Source: Alistipes sp. (GTDB lineage Bacteria > Bacteroidota > Bacteroidia > Bacteroidales > Rikenellaceae). From it: a stretch of DNA of 64,000 nucleotides. Positions 44,536 through 55,276 of this stretch are shown one piece after another. The DNA lies in the NCBI GenBank assembly GCA_045656505.1, contig JAZORI010000058.1, forward strand, positions 38,173 through 102,172, written 5' to 3'. Every line of letters starts with the position of its first letter. The stretch's first letter is position 1. Below the pieces are notes generated by a model. That model was not told where the DNA came from, searched no databases, and worked only from the letters and a program-made list of their open reading frames with translations. The position numbers and the translations under genes were made by a program.

Positions 44536-45913
44536 CAGAGCGTTTGTAATGGTGTTTGCCGTTACGCTTTTCAGTGTGTTTGGAACAGGTCGAGTGTCTG
44601 CTCAGAGTTCGGCAATTAACGCCTACTCACCATACACCATGTATGGTATCGGCGAGCTGGGTGTGAATGGAAATGCGATAAACCGAACAATGGGCGGAAC
44701 TGGTTTGGCTATGCGTAGCACGCAAATGGCGAGTCTGCTCAATCCTGCCGGTTATAGCGCTACTCTGCGAAATAGCTTTATCTTCGAGGTAGGCATGGAG
44801 GGTAACTTCCTCAAGAATACACAGCGCAGATACTCTTCGCTCTCAGCTTCGGACTACACTACAGCCGAGAATGCGAAGAACAGTGCCAACCTCCGCGAGA
44901 TTGCAGTTCAGTTCCCTGTTGCAAAGGGTCTTGGTTTCGGTCTGAGCCTTACACCTTATGGCAGTGTTGGTTACAAGATGAACACACTCGAGCAGAGTGA
45001 GGATATTTGGGGTACTGTCGGTGGTGTAATGTACAACTATCAGGGAGATGGAGACGTTACAGAGATTAAGGCCGGTCTTGGTTGGGAGTTTGTCCGTGGA
45101 GTATCGGTTGGTATCGCTGCAAAGTACTACTGGGGTAACATTCTGCACAACTACACAACCTCTATCTATGGCGATTATGTAGGTTCGGGCGACTTTGTAT
45201 CGACAAATGGTCTTGATGACTATGCTATCTCGAACTTCAAGTTCCAGGTGGGTCTTCAGGCAAATCTGATTGCTACAAAGAAGAGAATGCTTACTATTGG
45301 TGCTACTTATGACTACGGTGGCCCGCTCAACCCTAAGGTGGTACAGACTATCTATATCGGTGACTATGCCTCTTCAGTTGTATTCCAGGAGGATAGCCGT
45401 GGTCAGATGCGTCTGCCACATGCAGTAGGTGCAGGTATCTCATATCAGGATTCAAAGTTTGTTGCCAACTTCGACTACGAGTATCAGAATTGGGGTGGTG
45501 ACAACGCCTTCTATCAGCACGATACCTATACAGGCGTGAGTGTAAAGTATGTAAATACTCATACATATAAGTTTGGCTTTGAGTATATCCCTAACCGATT
45601 CGATGTTCGTAACTACTTCAAGCGTATCTCTTATCGTATAGGTGCTCGTTACGGTAACTACTACCAGAGCTTTGCAGATCAGCAGATTACTCAGTACTCA
45701 ATTACAGCCGGTTTCGGTTTCCCACTGCGATTTATGAGTGCGCATAGCATCAACGCAGGTATTGAGTTCTGTGGACGTGGCAACCATACATCAGTGGAGT
45801 TGCCAGGGCAGGGCAAGCGTCTGGGACTTATTCGCCAGAACTACCTCAAGGTACACCTCGGTTTCTCACTCTTCGGCGAGGACTATTGGTTTGTACGACC
45901 TAAGATTGATTAA
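44513..45913 (+). CDS. Outer-membrane beta-barrel protein (FadL/PorV-like)
   Basis: Signal peptide; SPYTMYGIG; LLNPA; alternating beta-strand pattern; aromatic C-terminus. Confidence 0.7.
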   Translation: MQRMKIYSRAFVMVFAVTLFSVFGTGRVSAQSSAINAYSPYTMYGIGELGVNGNAINRTMGGTGLAMRSTQMASLLNPAGYSATLRNSFIFEVGMEGNFLKNTQRRYSSLSASDYTTAENAKNSANLREIAVQFPVAKGLGFGLSLTPYGSVGYKMNTLEQSEDIWGTVGGVMYNYQGDGDVTEIKAGLGWEFVRGVSVGIAAKYYWGNILHNYTTSIYGDYVGSGDFVSTNGLDDYAISNFKFQVGLQANLIATKKRMLTIGATYDYGGPLNPKVVQTIYIGDYASSVVFQEDSRGQMRLPHAVGAGISYQDSKFVANFDYEYQNWGGDNAFYQHDTYTGVSVKYVNTHTYKFGFEYIPNRFDVRNYFKRISYRIGARYGNYYQSFADQQITQYSITAGFGFPLRFMSAHSINAGIEFCGRGNHTSVELPGQGKRLGLIRQNYLKVHLGFSLFGEDYWFVRPKID

Positions 45914-45949
45914 TGACTAACAACATAAACAAAATAACAAACAATCACA

Positions 45950-47299
45950 ATGAAGGCAATCAAATTATTTATCGTTGCAGCAATGACTGCAATGGCGGCA
46001 ACAGCAGTTGCGCAGGATTTTAGTGATCCTAAGTATGCTAAGTGGGGTGAGACTCCAGAGGAGCGTAAGGAGAATATGCTCGCAAGCTCTTACTTGAAGG
46101 AGGAGATTGCAAATCGCCACTTCAACTCTGCAGCAGGTTATCTCCAGCAGCTTTTGGCAAAGTGTCCAGCAGCTTCTGAGAACATCTATGCAAATGGTAT
46201 CAAGCTCTATAAGGATCGCGTGAATCGTGCAGAGACTCTGGCTGAGAAGAAGATGTATGTTGACTCTATCCTCTTGCTCTACGATATCCGTCTGCAGCAC
46301 TATGCAAACCACGCAAAGCGCGGTAAGGTGTATATCCTTGAGCGTAAGGCTCGTGAGTACCTCACTTACAAGGGTGATGACCGTGAGGGCGTTGCTGAGG
46401 CATTCGAGACAGCACTTGCAGCACAGAAAGAGGCTGGCGCAGTTGATCCAGAGCTCGTTGTTATCTACTTCAAGAACCTCTGCGATGACTATCAGAACGA
46501 TATCGTTGATGCAATGACTATCGTAAACACTTACGATGCATACTCTCCATACTTTGAGAATATCGCTCCTGAGCAGCAGCAGTACAAGGATCAGTTCGAG
46601 CAGTGCTTCGGCGTTAGTGGTGCAGCATCTTGCGAGAATATCGAGAAGATTTTTGCTAAGAAGTTGGCTGACAATCCAAACGATGAGTTGATCGTATCTC
46701 AGGCTTACAACCTCCTTGCTCGTACAGGTTGTACAACTGATTTCTTCTTCACTGTAGGTGAGAAGTACTACTCTATGCAGCCATCTGCAAGCGTAGCTAT
46801 GGCTCTTGCACAGGGTTTCCAGGATAAGGGTGCATTTGACAAGGCAAATCAGTACCTTCGTGAGGCTTTGGCTGTTGAGCAGAGCGCAGAGGGTCGTGAG
46901 AAGCTCTACGTTCGTATCGGTATCCTCGATATGTCAACTAACAACTTCGCTTCAGCTGTAGCAGCATTCCGTGATGCACAGGCAATCAACCCTGAGAACG
47001 CTCACGTTCCATTCTTCTTGGCTCAGTGCTACGTAAATGGTGCAAAGAACTGCTCTGGTCTTGCTAAGGATGCTATCTACTGGGTTGCATATGACCTTAT
47101 CCAGAAGGCACTTCCACTCCTCGAGGTTTCTGACCCTGAGCGTGTAGATGCAGCAAAGCAGCTTGCATCAGCATACCGTGCAGCATTCCCAACAGCAGAG
47201 GAGTGCTTCTTCAACGAGGTTGCAGAGGGTTCTTCTTATACTGTTAACTGCGGTTTTGCACAGGGCGTTTCAACTGTAGTTCGTCCTCGCGCGAAATAA
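45950..47299 (+). CDS. Exported TPR-repeat protein
   Basis: Signal peptide ...AVA|QD; helical TPR-like repeats; sits in the coaX-lptC cluster. Confidence 0.75.
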   Translation: MKAIKLFIVAAMTAMAATAVAQDFSDPKYAKWGETPEERKENMLASSYLKEEIANRHFNSAAGYLQQLLAKCPAASENIYANGIKLYKDRVNRAETLAEKKMYVDSILLLYDIRLQHYANHAKRGKVYILERKAREYLTYKGDDREGVAEAFETALAAQKEAGAVDPELVVIYFKNLCDDYQNDIVDAMTIVNTYDAYSPYFENIAPEQQQYKDQFEQCFGVSGAASCENIEKIFAKKLADNPNDELIVSQAYNLLARTGCTTDFFFTVGEKYYSMQPSASVAMALAQGFQDKGAFDKANQYLREALAVEQSAEGREKLYVRIGILDMSTNNFASAVAAFRDAQAINPENAHVPFFLAQCYVNGAKNCSGLAKDAIYWVAYDLIQKALPLLEVSDPERVDAAKQLASAYRAAFPTAEECFFNEVAEGSSYTVNCGFAQGVSTVVRPRAK

Positions 47300-47316
47300 T
47301 CTGATATAAAGATTCA

Positions 47317-48093
47317 GTGAAACGATTTCTGCACAGATATTTGGCAATGGCACTCCTTTTTATAGGGAGTGCTTTGCTCTTTTCGTGCAAGGAGGAGCCA
47401 AAGGCTGCTGAGGAGTCTTTGGATACCATTATGACAGAGAAGAGTACCAACCTTACGGTGATAGTCTCTGAGAATGGTCGTCGCTCATATCGCTTTACCA
47501 CTCCGCTCCTTGAGGGATATACATTGGGTCGTGACCCATATCGTGAGTTTCGTAAGGGTGTAAAGATTACAACCTATCAGGATGACTCTCTGACTACGGT
47601 CAATGCAACAATGGAGTCCAACTACGCTATCTACTACGAGAATCGTAAGTTGTGGGAGGCAAAGGGTAATGTGCGCATTGTCAAACATGATGGTACAAAG
47701 GTCTTTACACAACAGCTCTTCTGGAACTCTACTACAAAACGCATCTACTCAAATGTCGATACCAAAATCGTTACGGCTAACGATACCCACTTCACTGAGG
47801 GCTTTGAGTCAGACGAGGAGTTGGTAGAGCTGAACTTCCGCCATTGGAAGGGTAAGGTGAAGATGGATGAGCAGGCTGCCTCTGTCGATAAGGACTCTAC
47901 AGTAGTAGAGCAGAAGCCGGCGGCAAAACCTCAGTCGGAGAAGAAAAAGGAGGAGTCAAAATCGAAGTCTCAGAAGGCTAAAGATAGCCAGGAGAGCAAG
48001 AAAAATCGACTTATGCCTCAGCGCAAGATGCCTCAGTTGCCGACACAGTTGGATAAAAAAGCTGATGTGGCAAAGGATCGTCGTATAGAGTAA
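47317..48093 (+). CDS. lptC: LPS export ABC transporter periplasmic protein LptC
   Basis: GTG start; lipobox LFSC; LWEAKGNV...TQQLFWN...IYSN. Confidence 0.78.
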   Translation: MKRFLHRYLAMALLFIGSALLFSCKEEPKAAEESLDTIMTEKSTNLTVIVSENGRRSYRFTTPLLEGYTLGRDPYREFRKGVKITTYQDDSLTTVNATMESNYAIYYENRKLWEAKGNVRIVKHDGTKVFTQQLFWNSTTKRIYSNVDTKIVTANDTHFTEGFESDEELVELNFRHWKGKVKMDEQAASVDKDSTVVEQKPAAKPQSEKKKEESKSKSQKAKDSQESKKNRLMPQRKMPQLPTQLDKKADVAKDRRIE

Positions 48094-48108
48094 TAATATA
48101 TATAGGTA

Positions 48109-49377
48109 ATGGCCACAACGATAGTAATCATACTACTGATGCTGCTTCTTTCGGCATTCTTTTCGGGTATGGAGATTGCGTTTCTGAACAAGAATCGCCT
48201 CAAGCTCGAGATTGACCGAAAGCAGAGCCGTATGTTTGACTATATAGCCAACCTGTTTTCGCACAATCAGGGTCAGTATATTACAACCATACTTGTAGGT
48301 AACAACATCACACTTGTTATCTACTCTATGTGTATGTCGCAGCTGATTCGTGGTATGGCATATATGTTGGGGTGGAATAGTATCTACAGCGAGGGCTCGT
48401 TCCTGCTTGAGACTATCATTCCGACCATTATTGTAATCTTTGTGGCCGAGTATATTCCAAAGTCGGTCATTAGGGTAAATCCAAACTTCTACTACCGCAT
48501 CTTCTCCCCGATTATCTTTGTCTTCTACCTGTTGCTCTATCCTATTGCGCGCTTTACAACGATGCTCTCTTATGGATTGTTGCGTCTGTTTGGTCGCACA
48601 ACGGCTCAGGCGGAGCGAGAGACAGAGTTTGATCGTAGCGACCTTGAGAGCCTGCTCGATACTAACAATACCGAGGCGGATAACGACACTGAGGCTGAGA
48701 TAAAGATGTTCCAAAATGCTCTCGACTTTGCAGACCTGCGTGTGAGGGACTGTATGGTGTCGCGAGTTGATATGGAGGCTGTGGATATCGATGAAACTAC
48801 GATAGAGAGCCTTACAGAGCGATTTGTAGAGAGTAAGTATTCGCGTATCTTTGTTTGGCGAGATAGCGTTGATAACATTATCGGCTATGTCAATTCAAAG
48901 AGCCTCTTTACTGCGCCTAAGACCATAGAGCAGGTGCTTATCAATGTCGATTATGTCGTGGAGACAATGTCGCTGCAAGATATGTTGACCCAGTTTATTA
49001 AGCAGAAGAGTAATATCGCCGTTGTGATAGATGAGTTCGGTGGCACGGCGGGTATTATCTCTCTGGAGGATGTCTTGGAGCAGATTTTTGGCGAGATTGA
49101 GGATGAGCACGATGTTGAGGATATGGTCGAAAAACAGGTGGCTGAGAACGAGTATGTCTTCTCTTGCCGCTTGGAGGTTGAGTATCTGAATGAGAAATAT
49201 GGGCTCAATATAGCTGAGAGTGAGGAGTATGACACTCTTGCCGGCTATATTATCTATCGCTATAAAGAGCTGCCTACAGCGGGTACTCAGATGGAGTTTG
49301 ATGGCTTGAAGATAAAGATTCTGCGCACAACTCGCTCCCGAATTGAACTTGCGAGGGTTGAGTGCGTGAAAAAATAG
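48109..49377 (+). CDS. Hemolysin/CNNM-family protein (DUF21 + CBS pair + CorC)
   Basis: SAFFSGMEIA, AEYIPK, YSRIFV, VVIDEFGGTAGIISLEDVLE, TLAGYI. Confidence 0.9.
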   Translation: MATTIVIILLMLLLSAFFSGMEIAFLNKNRLKLEIDRKQSRMFDYIANLFSHNQGQYITTILVGNNITLVIYSMCMSQLIRGMAYMLGWNSIYSEGSFLLETIIPTIIVIFVAEYIPKSVIRVNPNFYYRIFSPIIFVFYLLLYPIARFTTMLSYGLLRLFGRTTAQAERETEFDRSDLESLLDTNNTEADNDTEAEIKMFQNALDFADLRVRDCMVSRVDMEAVDIDETTIESLTERFVESKYSRIFVWRDSVDNIIGYVNSKSLFTAPKTIEQVLINVDYVVETMSLQDMLTQFIKQKSNIAVVIDEFGGTAGIISLEDVLEQIFGEIEDEHDVEDMVEKQVAENEYVFSCRLEVEYLNEKYGLNIAESEEYDTLAGYIIYRYKELPTAGTQMEFDGLKIKILRTTRSRIELARVECVKK

Positions 49378-49455
49378 TGTAAAAAGGCGAATAATTGGAA
49401 TAAAATTACTATATTCGCGAGTTATTTGAAAATTTTACAAAAAAAATATTCTGAT

Positions 49456-51480
49456 ATGGTAAGTTTGAACACATTGAGAACCAAATTCGGCGTACTGCTT
49501 TCAGTAGTTATCGCAGGCGCGCTTTTGGCGTTTATCTTCTCTCTGAAGACAGAGATGGGATTTTCTGGAAACGACCCTAAGGTCGGTGCAATTGATGGTA
49601 AGGATATTCACTACACAGAGTTCCTTGCTGCTTATGATGATGTAAAGTCTCAGATGGGTGAGCTCACTACAGATGAGCAGGCTCAGCAGGCTTTGGCAAA
49701 CACTTGGCAGATTCTGCTCTCTGACCATGTATTCACTCCAGGTTTTGAGGAGTTGGGTCTTGCTGTAGGTGAGGCAGAGCACAAGGCACTTATTCGTGGT
49801 GAGCGCGCAAGCAATGTTATGACAAGTCTGTTTGGTAATCCTCAGACAGGTGAGTATAACATCGAGGCTCTTGCTGCTTTCCTTGCAGAGGTTGAGACTA
49901 ACCCACAGGCTCAGAAGGCTTGGGCTTTCTTCAGCAAGCAGGCAGATCTCGATCGCGCTATGATGAAGTATCAGGCTCTTGTTCAGAAGGGTGCTTATGC
50001 AAACACTCTTGAGGTTGAGCGTGGCGTAAAGAGCGCAAACAATACCTACAATGGTCGCTATGTTGTTTGCCGTTACAACACTGTTGCTGATTCACTCTTC
50101 ACTGTTTCTGATAGCGAGATTAAGGCTTACTACAACGCACACAAGGCTCAGTATGAGCGCGTTCCTTCTCGTACAATCTCTTATGTTGAGTTCGAGGTTG
50201 AGCCAACAGAGGCTGATAAGGCTGCTGTTGAGGCTGAGGCAAAGGCTGCTGCTGAGCAGTTTGCTACAGTTAAGGATTTCAAGGCTTACACTCGTGAGAA
50301 CCGTCATGCATCAGTTGCTCAGACCTATATCACTGCAGCTTCTATGACTGCAGAGGAGAGCGAGGCTCTTGTAAAGGGTAAGATGTATGGTCCAGCACTC
50401 GTTGCAGATGAGTGGCGTGCAGCTCGCGTTGCAGAGGTTAGAAACGTTCCTGAGAAGTACACTCTCAGCCACATCGTTCTTAACTACACTGATGATAAGC
50501 TCGCCGATAGCCTTGTAACTGTTGCTAAGAAGGGCGACTTCGCTGCTCTTGCTTCACAGTATTCACTTGCTACAGATACAGCTGCTGAGGGCGGTAAGAT
50601 TGGTGAGGTTACTTATGGCTCACTCGCTCCTGAGTTCGCTGACGCTCTGCTCGGTAAGAAGAAGGGTGATGTTGTTAAGGTGACTATGGGTAATGTTATC
50701 CAGGTTCTTAAGGTTGACGCTGTAAGCGCTATCCAGAAGCACTACAAGCTCGCTACACTCTCATACCCACTCGTTGCATCACAGCTCACTCAGCGCGATG
50801 TTCACAACGCTGCAAGCCTCTTCGCTGTTACTGCAGCTAAGGATGGTTTCGAGAGCGCTACAACTGCACAGGCACAGTCTGCACGCACAGCTACTATCGA
50901 GAAGGCTGCTCGTTCAGTACGCGGTATCGATGTAAACTCTCTCGAGGTTGTGTTCTGGGCTAATAAGGCTAAGGTTGGTGATGTTTCTGAGCTTATCAAG
51001 CTTGATAACAACCACTATGTAGTAGCTACCCTCACTGGTATCAATGACAATGAGTATCGTACTGTAAATGAGGTTGCTTCTCAGATTAAGAGCACTCTTC
51101 TCCGTGATAAGAAGTTCGAGCACATCGCAGCTAAGATGGTTGGTGCTACTATCGAGGAGGTTGCTACAGCTGCAGCTGCTGAGGTTAAGACCTTTGAGAA
51201 TGTTAAGTACGATGCATACTATATTCCAGGTGTTGGTGTAGAGCCACGCGTTCTTGGTGCTATCTCTTCTCTTGAGCAGGGTGCTCTCTCAGCTCCGGTT
51301 AAGGGTGCAAGCGGCGTATTTGTTCTCGTTACTGACGGCGTAACCGTAGCTGCTGAGGCTCAGACCGTAGAGGCAGAGAAGGTTAAGCAGCAGGCATCTG
51401 CAGAGCAGTCTGCAACTCGCGCATTCTATGCTGTTCAGGAGGCTGCGGATGTAGAGGATAATACTGTTGGCTACTTCTAA
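49456..51480 (+). CDS. PpiD/SurA-N-domain periplasmic chaperone
   Basis: N-terminal TM anchor, SurA-N-like helical region, rotamase-like GDFAALASQYS...GGKIG; start moved to ATG 49456. Confidence 0.82.
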   Translation: MVSLNTLRTKFGVLLSVVIAGALLAFIFSLKTEMGFSGNDPKVGAIDGKDIHYTEFLAAYDDVKSQMGELTTDEQAQQALANTWQILLSDHVFTPGFEELGLAVGEAEHKALIRGERASNVMTSLFGNPQTGEYNIEALAAFLAEVETNPQAQKAWAFFSKQADLDRAMMKYQALVQKGAYANTLEVERGVKSANNTYNGRYVVCRYNTVADSLFTVSDSEIKAYYNAHKAQYERVPSRTISYVEFEVEPTEADKAAVEAEAKAAAEQFATVKDFKAYTRENRHASVAQTYITAASMTAEESEALVKGKMYGPALVADEWRAARVAEVRNVPEKYTLSHIVLNYTDDKLADSLVTVAKKGDFAALASQYSLATDTAAEGGKIGEVTYGSLAPEFADALLGKKKGDVVKVTMGNVIQVLKVDAVSAIQKHYKLATLSYPLVASQLTQRDVHNAASLFAVTAAKDGFESATTAQAQSARTATIEKAARSVRGIDVNSLEVVFWANKAKVGDVSELIKLDNNHYVVATLTGINDNEYRTVNEVASQIKSTLLRDKKFEHIAAKMVGATIEEVATAAAAEVKTFENVKYDAYYIPGVGVEPRVLGAISSLEQGALSAPVKGASGVFVLVTDGVTVAAEAQTVEAEKVKQQASAEQSATRAFYAVQEAADVEDNTVGYF

Positions 51481-51607
51481 TTTTGACGTGATAGTGGGGC
51501 ATCTACCTCCGCTAACACATATAAACAACAAAGGGCAGTACGCACAAGTACAGCCCTTTGTTGTTTTATGTGCCGAGCGGAGTATCTGCCCCACTCTGAC
51601 GCCAAAA
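51481..51607 (+). repeat. Family B long palindromic repeat, copy 3
   Basis: Starts at the base after the ppiD stop; TTTTGACGT...ACGCCAAAA; apical GTAC-GCACAA-GTAC. Confidence 0.85.
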
Positions 51608-51650
51608 TGGTACATAGATGTATCGAAGTATAGATGGTTAAAATAATCCA

Positions 51651-51705
51651 ACATCCGCGTAGCGGATACCTCAATAAGGCTAATAGCAAATAGCCAACAG
51701 CCAAT
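51651..51705 (+). repeat. Module C plus heptamer run
   Basis: ATCCGC-GTA-GCGGAT, then GGCTAAT AGCAAAT AGCCAAC AGCCAAT. Confidence 0.85.
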
Positions 51706-51708
51706 ATC

Positions 51709-51742
51709 AAAAAAATAGCGAGAATATTCTCGCTATTTTTTT
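51709..51742. terminator. Bidirectional terminator (tkt/ppiD)
   Basis: Perfect palindrome AAAAAAATAGCGAGAAT|ATTCTCGCTATTTTTTT. Confidence 0.8.
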
Positions 51743-51762
51743 GTTTGTATTGACTAAGAGCT

Positions 51763-53793
51763 CTACTTGCCGAGCAGTTTCATAACCTCATTATACACTG
51801 TCTCGCCATCGTAGCCGAACTGCTTATCGAGCACCTTGTAAGGAGCTGAGTGGCCGAAGTGGTTCAGACCGTGGATATTCTCCATAGAGCCTACAAGGCT
51901 GAGCAGAGTTACAGGCAGACCTGAAGTCATACCATATTTCAGAGCATCTGAAGGAATTACAGCCTCCTGGTAAGACTTAGGCTGATCGCGGAACAGACCC
52001 TCACTTGGTACATCCACAACGCGAACGCTGATACCATCCTTCTTCAGCAGCTCTGCACCCTCAACGAGTGTAGCGACCTCAGAACCTGTTGCAACCATAA
52101 CAACCTTTGGCTTTGCAGAGTCCATAACGATATATGCACCCTTTGCTGACTGCATAGCCTCTTCACGACGAGATGCGCAGAGGGTTGGGAGGTTCTTGAT
52201 ATTCTGGCGAGAGAGGATGAGTGCAACTGGGCGCTGCTCCTCGAGAGCAATCTTCCATGCTGCAATAGTATCCTCACCATCTGCAGGGCGGAGAACAACC
52301 ATTGAGCGCTCGCCGTGGTGGTTGTGCAGGTGCTCCATCAGACGAATCTGAGCCTCCTGCTCAACTGGCTGGTGGGTAGGGCCATCCTCGCCTACGCGGA
52401 ATGAGTCGTGTGTCCAGATATAGATTACATGCAGACGCATCAGAGCTGAGAGGCGTACTACAGGCTTCATATAGTCAGAGAATACGAAGAATGTACCACA
52501 TGCAGGGATAACACCACCGTGGAGTGCCATACCGTTCATGATACAAGCCATTGTGAACTCAGAGACACCTGCCTGGAAGAACTTACCGCTAAAGTCACCC
52601 TTCTTAAATGCAGTGGTCTTCTTCAGGAATCCGTCAGTCTTATCTGAGTTAGAGAGGTCAGCAGATGCAACAATCATATTCTCAACCTTCTCTGCATATA
52701 CGCCGAGTACTGTAGCAGATGCTGCACGGGTAGCAACGTCAGCCTTCATATCGATAGACAGATAGTCAATCTGTGGCAACTTACCAGCCAAGAACATATC
52801 GAGCTTGCGGGCAAGTGCAGGGTTTGCAGCGCGCCACTCAGCCTCAACAGCCTTGCGCTCAACCATCTGAGCACGCAGAGCAGCTGCACGCTCCTCATAG
52901 ATAGCCTTGCTCTCCTCAAAAATCTGGAATGGCTCCTCTGGATTACCACCGAGACTTGCAACAGTCGCTGTATATGATGCACCAGCAGCAGAGAGTGGCT
53001 GACCGTGTGTAGATACCTTATCCTCAAAGCTACCGCCATCCTCAGTTACGGCACCCTTACCCATAACAGTTACACCGATGATAAGTGTTGGCTTATCTGT
53101 AGGCTCATTAGCCTTTGTCAGCGCCTCGCGAATCTGTGGGATGCTGTGGCCGTCAATCTTGATGACATTCCAACCCCAAGCACGATACTTCATCTCTACA
53201 TCCTCAGTATCAACCTCCTCAACCTTTGTTGAGAGCTGAACGTTGTTTGAGTCGTAGTACATGATGATATTTGACAGACCGAGGTTACCTGCGATACGAC
53301 CTACACCCTGAGATACCTCCTCCTGAACAGCACCATCAGAGATGTAGATATAGGTCTTATGAGCCATCCACTCACCGAAGCGAGCTGCCAAGAAACGCTC
53401 AGCAATAGCAGCACCAAGACCCATAGCATGACCCTGACCAAGTGGACCTGAGGTGTTCTCCACACCACGCAGGAAGTCAACCTCCGGGTGACCAGGAGTT
53501 ACGCTGCCCCACTGACGGAACTGCTGAAGATCCTCCATTGAGTAGTGACCTGCAAGTGCAAGCACAGAGTAGAGCATTGGAGACATGTGTCCAGGATCGA
53601 GGAAGAAGCGGTCACGATGTGGATAGAGCATGTTATCCGGATCATAACGCAAGAACTCTGCAAAGAGTACGTTTACAAAATCAGCTCCGCCCATAGCACC
53701 ACCTGGGTGGCCAGACTTAGCCTTCTCAACCATTGAAGCAGCAAGGATACGTATGTTGTTCGCAGCCTTGGCAAGTTGCAGATCATTAGCCAT
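51763..53793 (-). CDS. tkt: Transketolase
   Basis: SGHPGG, GPLGQG, SDGAVQE, VGEDGPTHQP; start moved to ATG 53793 (MANDLQ). Confidence 0.95.
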   Translation of the reverse strand: MANDLQLAKAANNIRILAASMVEKAKSGHPGGAMGGADFVNVLFAEFLRYDPDNMLYPHRDRFFLDPGHMSPMLYSVLALAGHYSMEDLQQFRQWGSVTPGHPEVDFLRGVENTSGPLGQGHAMGLGAAIAERFLAARFGEWMAHKTYIYISDGAVQEEVSQGVGRIAGNLGLSNIIMYYDSNNVQLSTKVEEVDTEDVEMKYRAWGWNVIKIDGHSIPQIREALTKANEPTDKPTLIIGVTVMGKGAVTEDGGSFEDKVSTHGQPLSAAGASYTATVASLGGNPEEPFQIFEESKAIYEERAAALRAQMVERKAVEAEWRAANPALARKLDMFLAGKLPQIDYLSIDMKADVATRAASATVLGVYAEKVENMIVASADLSNSDKTDGFLKKTTAFKKGDFSGKFFQAGVSEFTMACIMNGMALHGGVIPACGTFFVFSDYMKPVVRLSALMRLHVIYIWTHDSFRVGEDGPTHQPVEQEAQIRLMEHLHNHHGERSMVVLRPADGEDTIAAWKIALEEQRPVALILSRQNIKNLPTLCASRREEAMQSAKGAYIVMDSAKPKVVMVATGSEVATLVEGAELLKKDGISVRVVDVPSEGLFRDQPKSYQEAVIPSDALKYGMTSGLPVTLLSLVGSMENIHGLNHFGHSAPYKVLDKQFGYDGETVYNEVMKLLGK

Positions 53794-53897
53794 AATTATA
53801 TAGTTTTTAGTACGTTTTTCACTTTCCAAACACAAATATACAAAAATTTCGGTAAATACGATGCTATATTCTAATTTTTTTGAGATGTTGTAATACA

Positions 53898-53940
53898 ACA
53901 CACCCTCTCTACCTGCAGAAAACAAGCGGAGAGGGTGTGT
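53898..53940 (-). terminator. Probable terminator after clpX
   Basis: ACACACCCTCT...AGAGGGTGTGT; long loop and weak U-tract. Confidence 0.5.
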
Positions 53941-53996
53941 GTTAGTGTGTTTGAAAGAGACAATAACTTGTGCTAAGTAGTCTCTTTATGGCAGTT

Positions 53997-55274
53997 TTAT
54001 AGGTTTTGCTTGATGATGCTTGTGTCGGAGAGCTCAAACTTCTGCTCTGCATACTGCTTGGTTACGGTGAATGACTTGAGGTCTGAGGATGGTGCCTCGA
54101 ACATCAAATCCTTCATTATCGCCTCGCAGATAGAGCGCAGACCACGCGCGCCGAGGTTAAACTCTATCGCCTTGTCAACGATATATTCGAGCGCCTCCTC
54201 CTCAAAAGATAGCGCAATGCCGTCCATCTCAAAGAGACGGTTGTACTGGCGGATAATTGCATTCTTAGGCTCTGTAAGTATGCTGCGGAGCACCTCACGG
54301 CTCAGTGGCTCAAGGTGTGTGATTACCGGCATACGACCAACGAGCTCAGGGATAAGACCAAAGCTCTTGATATCCTGTGGCTGTACATACTTGAGCATAT
54401 TCTTGCGGTCGAACTGAGTGGTATCAACTTTACCGTAGCCGATTGCATGGGTGTTGAGTCGCTGAGAGATGCGTCTTTCGATACCGTCGAAAGCACCTCC
54501 GCAGATAAAGAGAATATTCTTCGTGTCAATCTGTACAAACTTCTGCTCAGGGTGCTTTCTGCCACCCTCTGGCGCAACATTTACAACAGTGCCCTCGAGA
54601 ATCTTGAGCAGTGCCTGCTGAACACCCTCGCCCGATACGTCACGTGTGATGCTCGGATTGTCACCCTTGCGAGCAATCTTGTCAATCTCGTCAATGAAGA
54701 TAATTCCGCGCTGTGTAGCCTCCACGTCGTAGCCGGATGCCTGATAGAGTCGAGAGAGGATGCTCTCAACATCCTCGCCCACATATCCCGCCTGGGTGAG
54801 AACTGTCGCATCGACAATTGTGAAAGGTACACCGAGCAGTCGTGCAATTGTGCGGGCAATAAGGGTCTTACCTGTTCCTGTAGGGCCGACTAAGATGATG
54901 TTTGACTTGTCCAACTCAACATCCTCGCCCTTGCTCTCAGCCGCTACAAGGCGCTTGTAGTGGTTGTAAACCGCCACTGCAATAGAGCGCTTTGCGCTAT
55001 TCTGACCAACGACATAGTTGTCCAAAAAGTCGTGTATCTGCTGCGGCTTAAGGATATTCTCGGGCTTAAATCCCTTGCTCTTAGCACCCTTCTTACTGCT
55101 GTCCTGAGATAGTAACTCGCTGTTTTCTAACGACTTATATCCCATCTCGATGCACTCGTTGCAGATTGTAGAGCCATCTGTACCCTGAAAGAGCACCTTT
55201 ACGCTATCTCTGCCACGGCCGCAGAATGAACAACGCTCGTGCTTTTGTGTATTTTTGTTGTTGTTTTTTGCCAT
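53997..55274 (-). CDS. clpX: ATP-dependent Clp protease ATPase subunit
   Basis: CSFCG...CNEC zinc domain, [20 protein letters not shown]. Confidence 0.97.
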   Translation of the reverse strand: MAKNNNKNTQKHERCSFCGRGRDSVKVLFQGTDGSTICNECIEMGYKSLENSELLSQDSSKKGAKSKGFKPENILKPQQIHDFLDNYVVGQNSAKRSIAVAVYNHYKRLVAAESKGEDVELDKSNIILVGPTGTGKTLIARTIARLLGVPFTIVDATVLTQAGYVGEDVESILSRLYQASGYDVEATQRGIIFIDEIDKIARKGDNPSITRDVSGEGVQQALLKILEGTVVNVAPEGGRKHPEQKFVQIDTKNILFICGGAFDGIERRISQRLNTHAIGYGKVDTTQFDRKNMLKYVQPQDIKSFGLIPELVGRMPVITHLEPLSREVLRSILTEPKNAIIRQYNRLFEMDGIALSFEEEALEYIVDKAIEFNLGARGLRSICEAIMKDLMFEAPSSDLKSFTVTKQYAEQKFELSDTSIIKQNL

Positions 55275-55276
55275 AA

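Noticed and set aside
53794-53925. Long N-terminal extensions in the ORF track (tkt; also kbaZ, clpP, GH73, the 10191 and 36787 ORFs, ppiD)
   Set aside because: The extensions run through promoter boxes, terminators or repeats; downstream ATGs match family N-termini.
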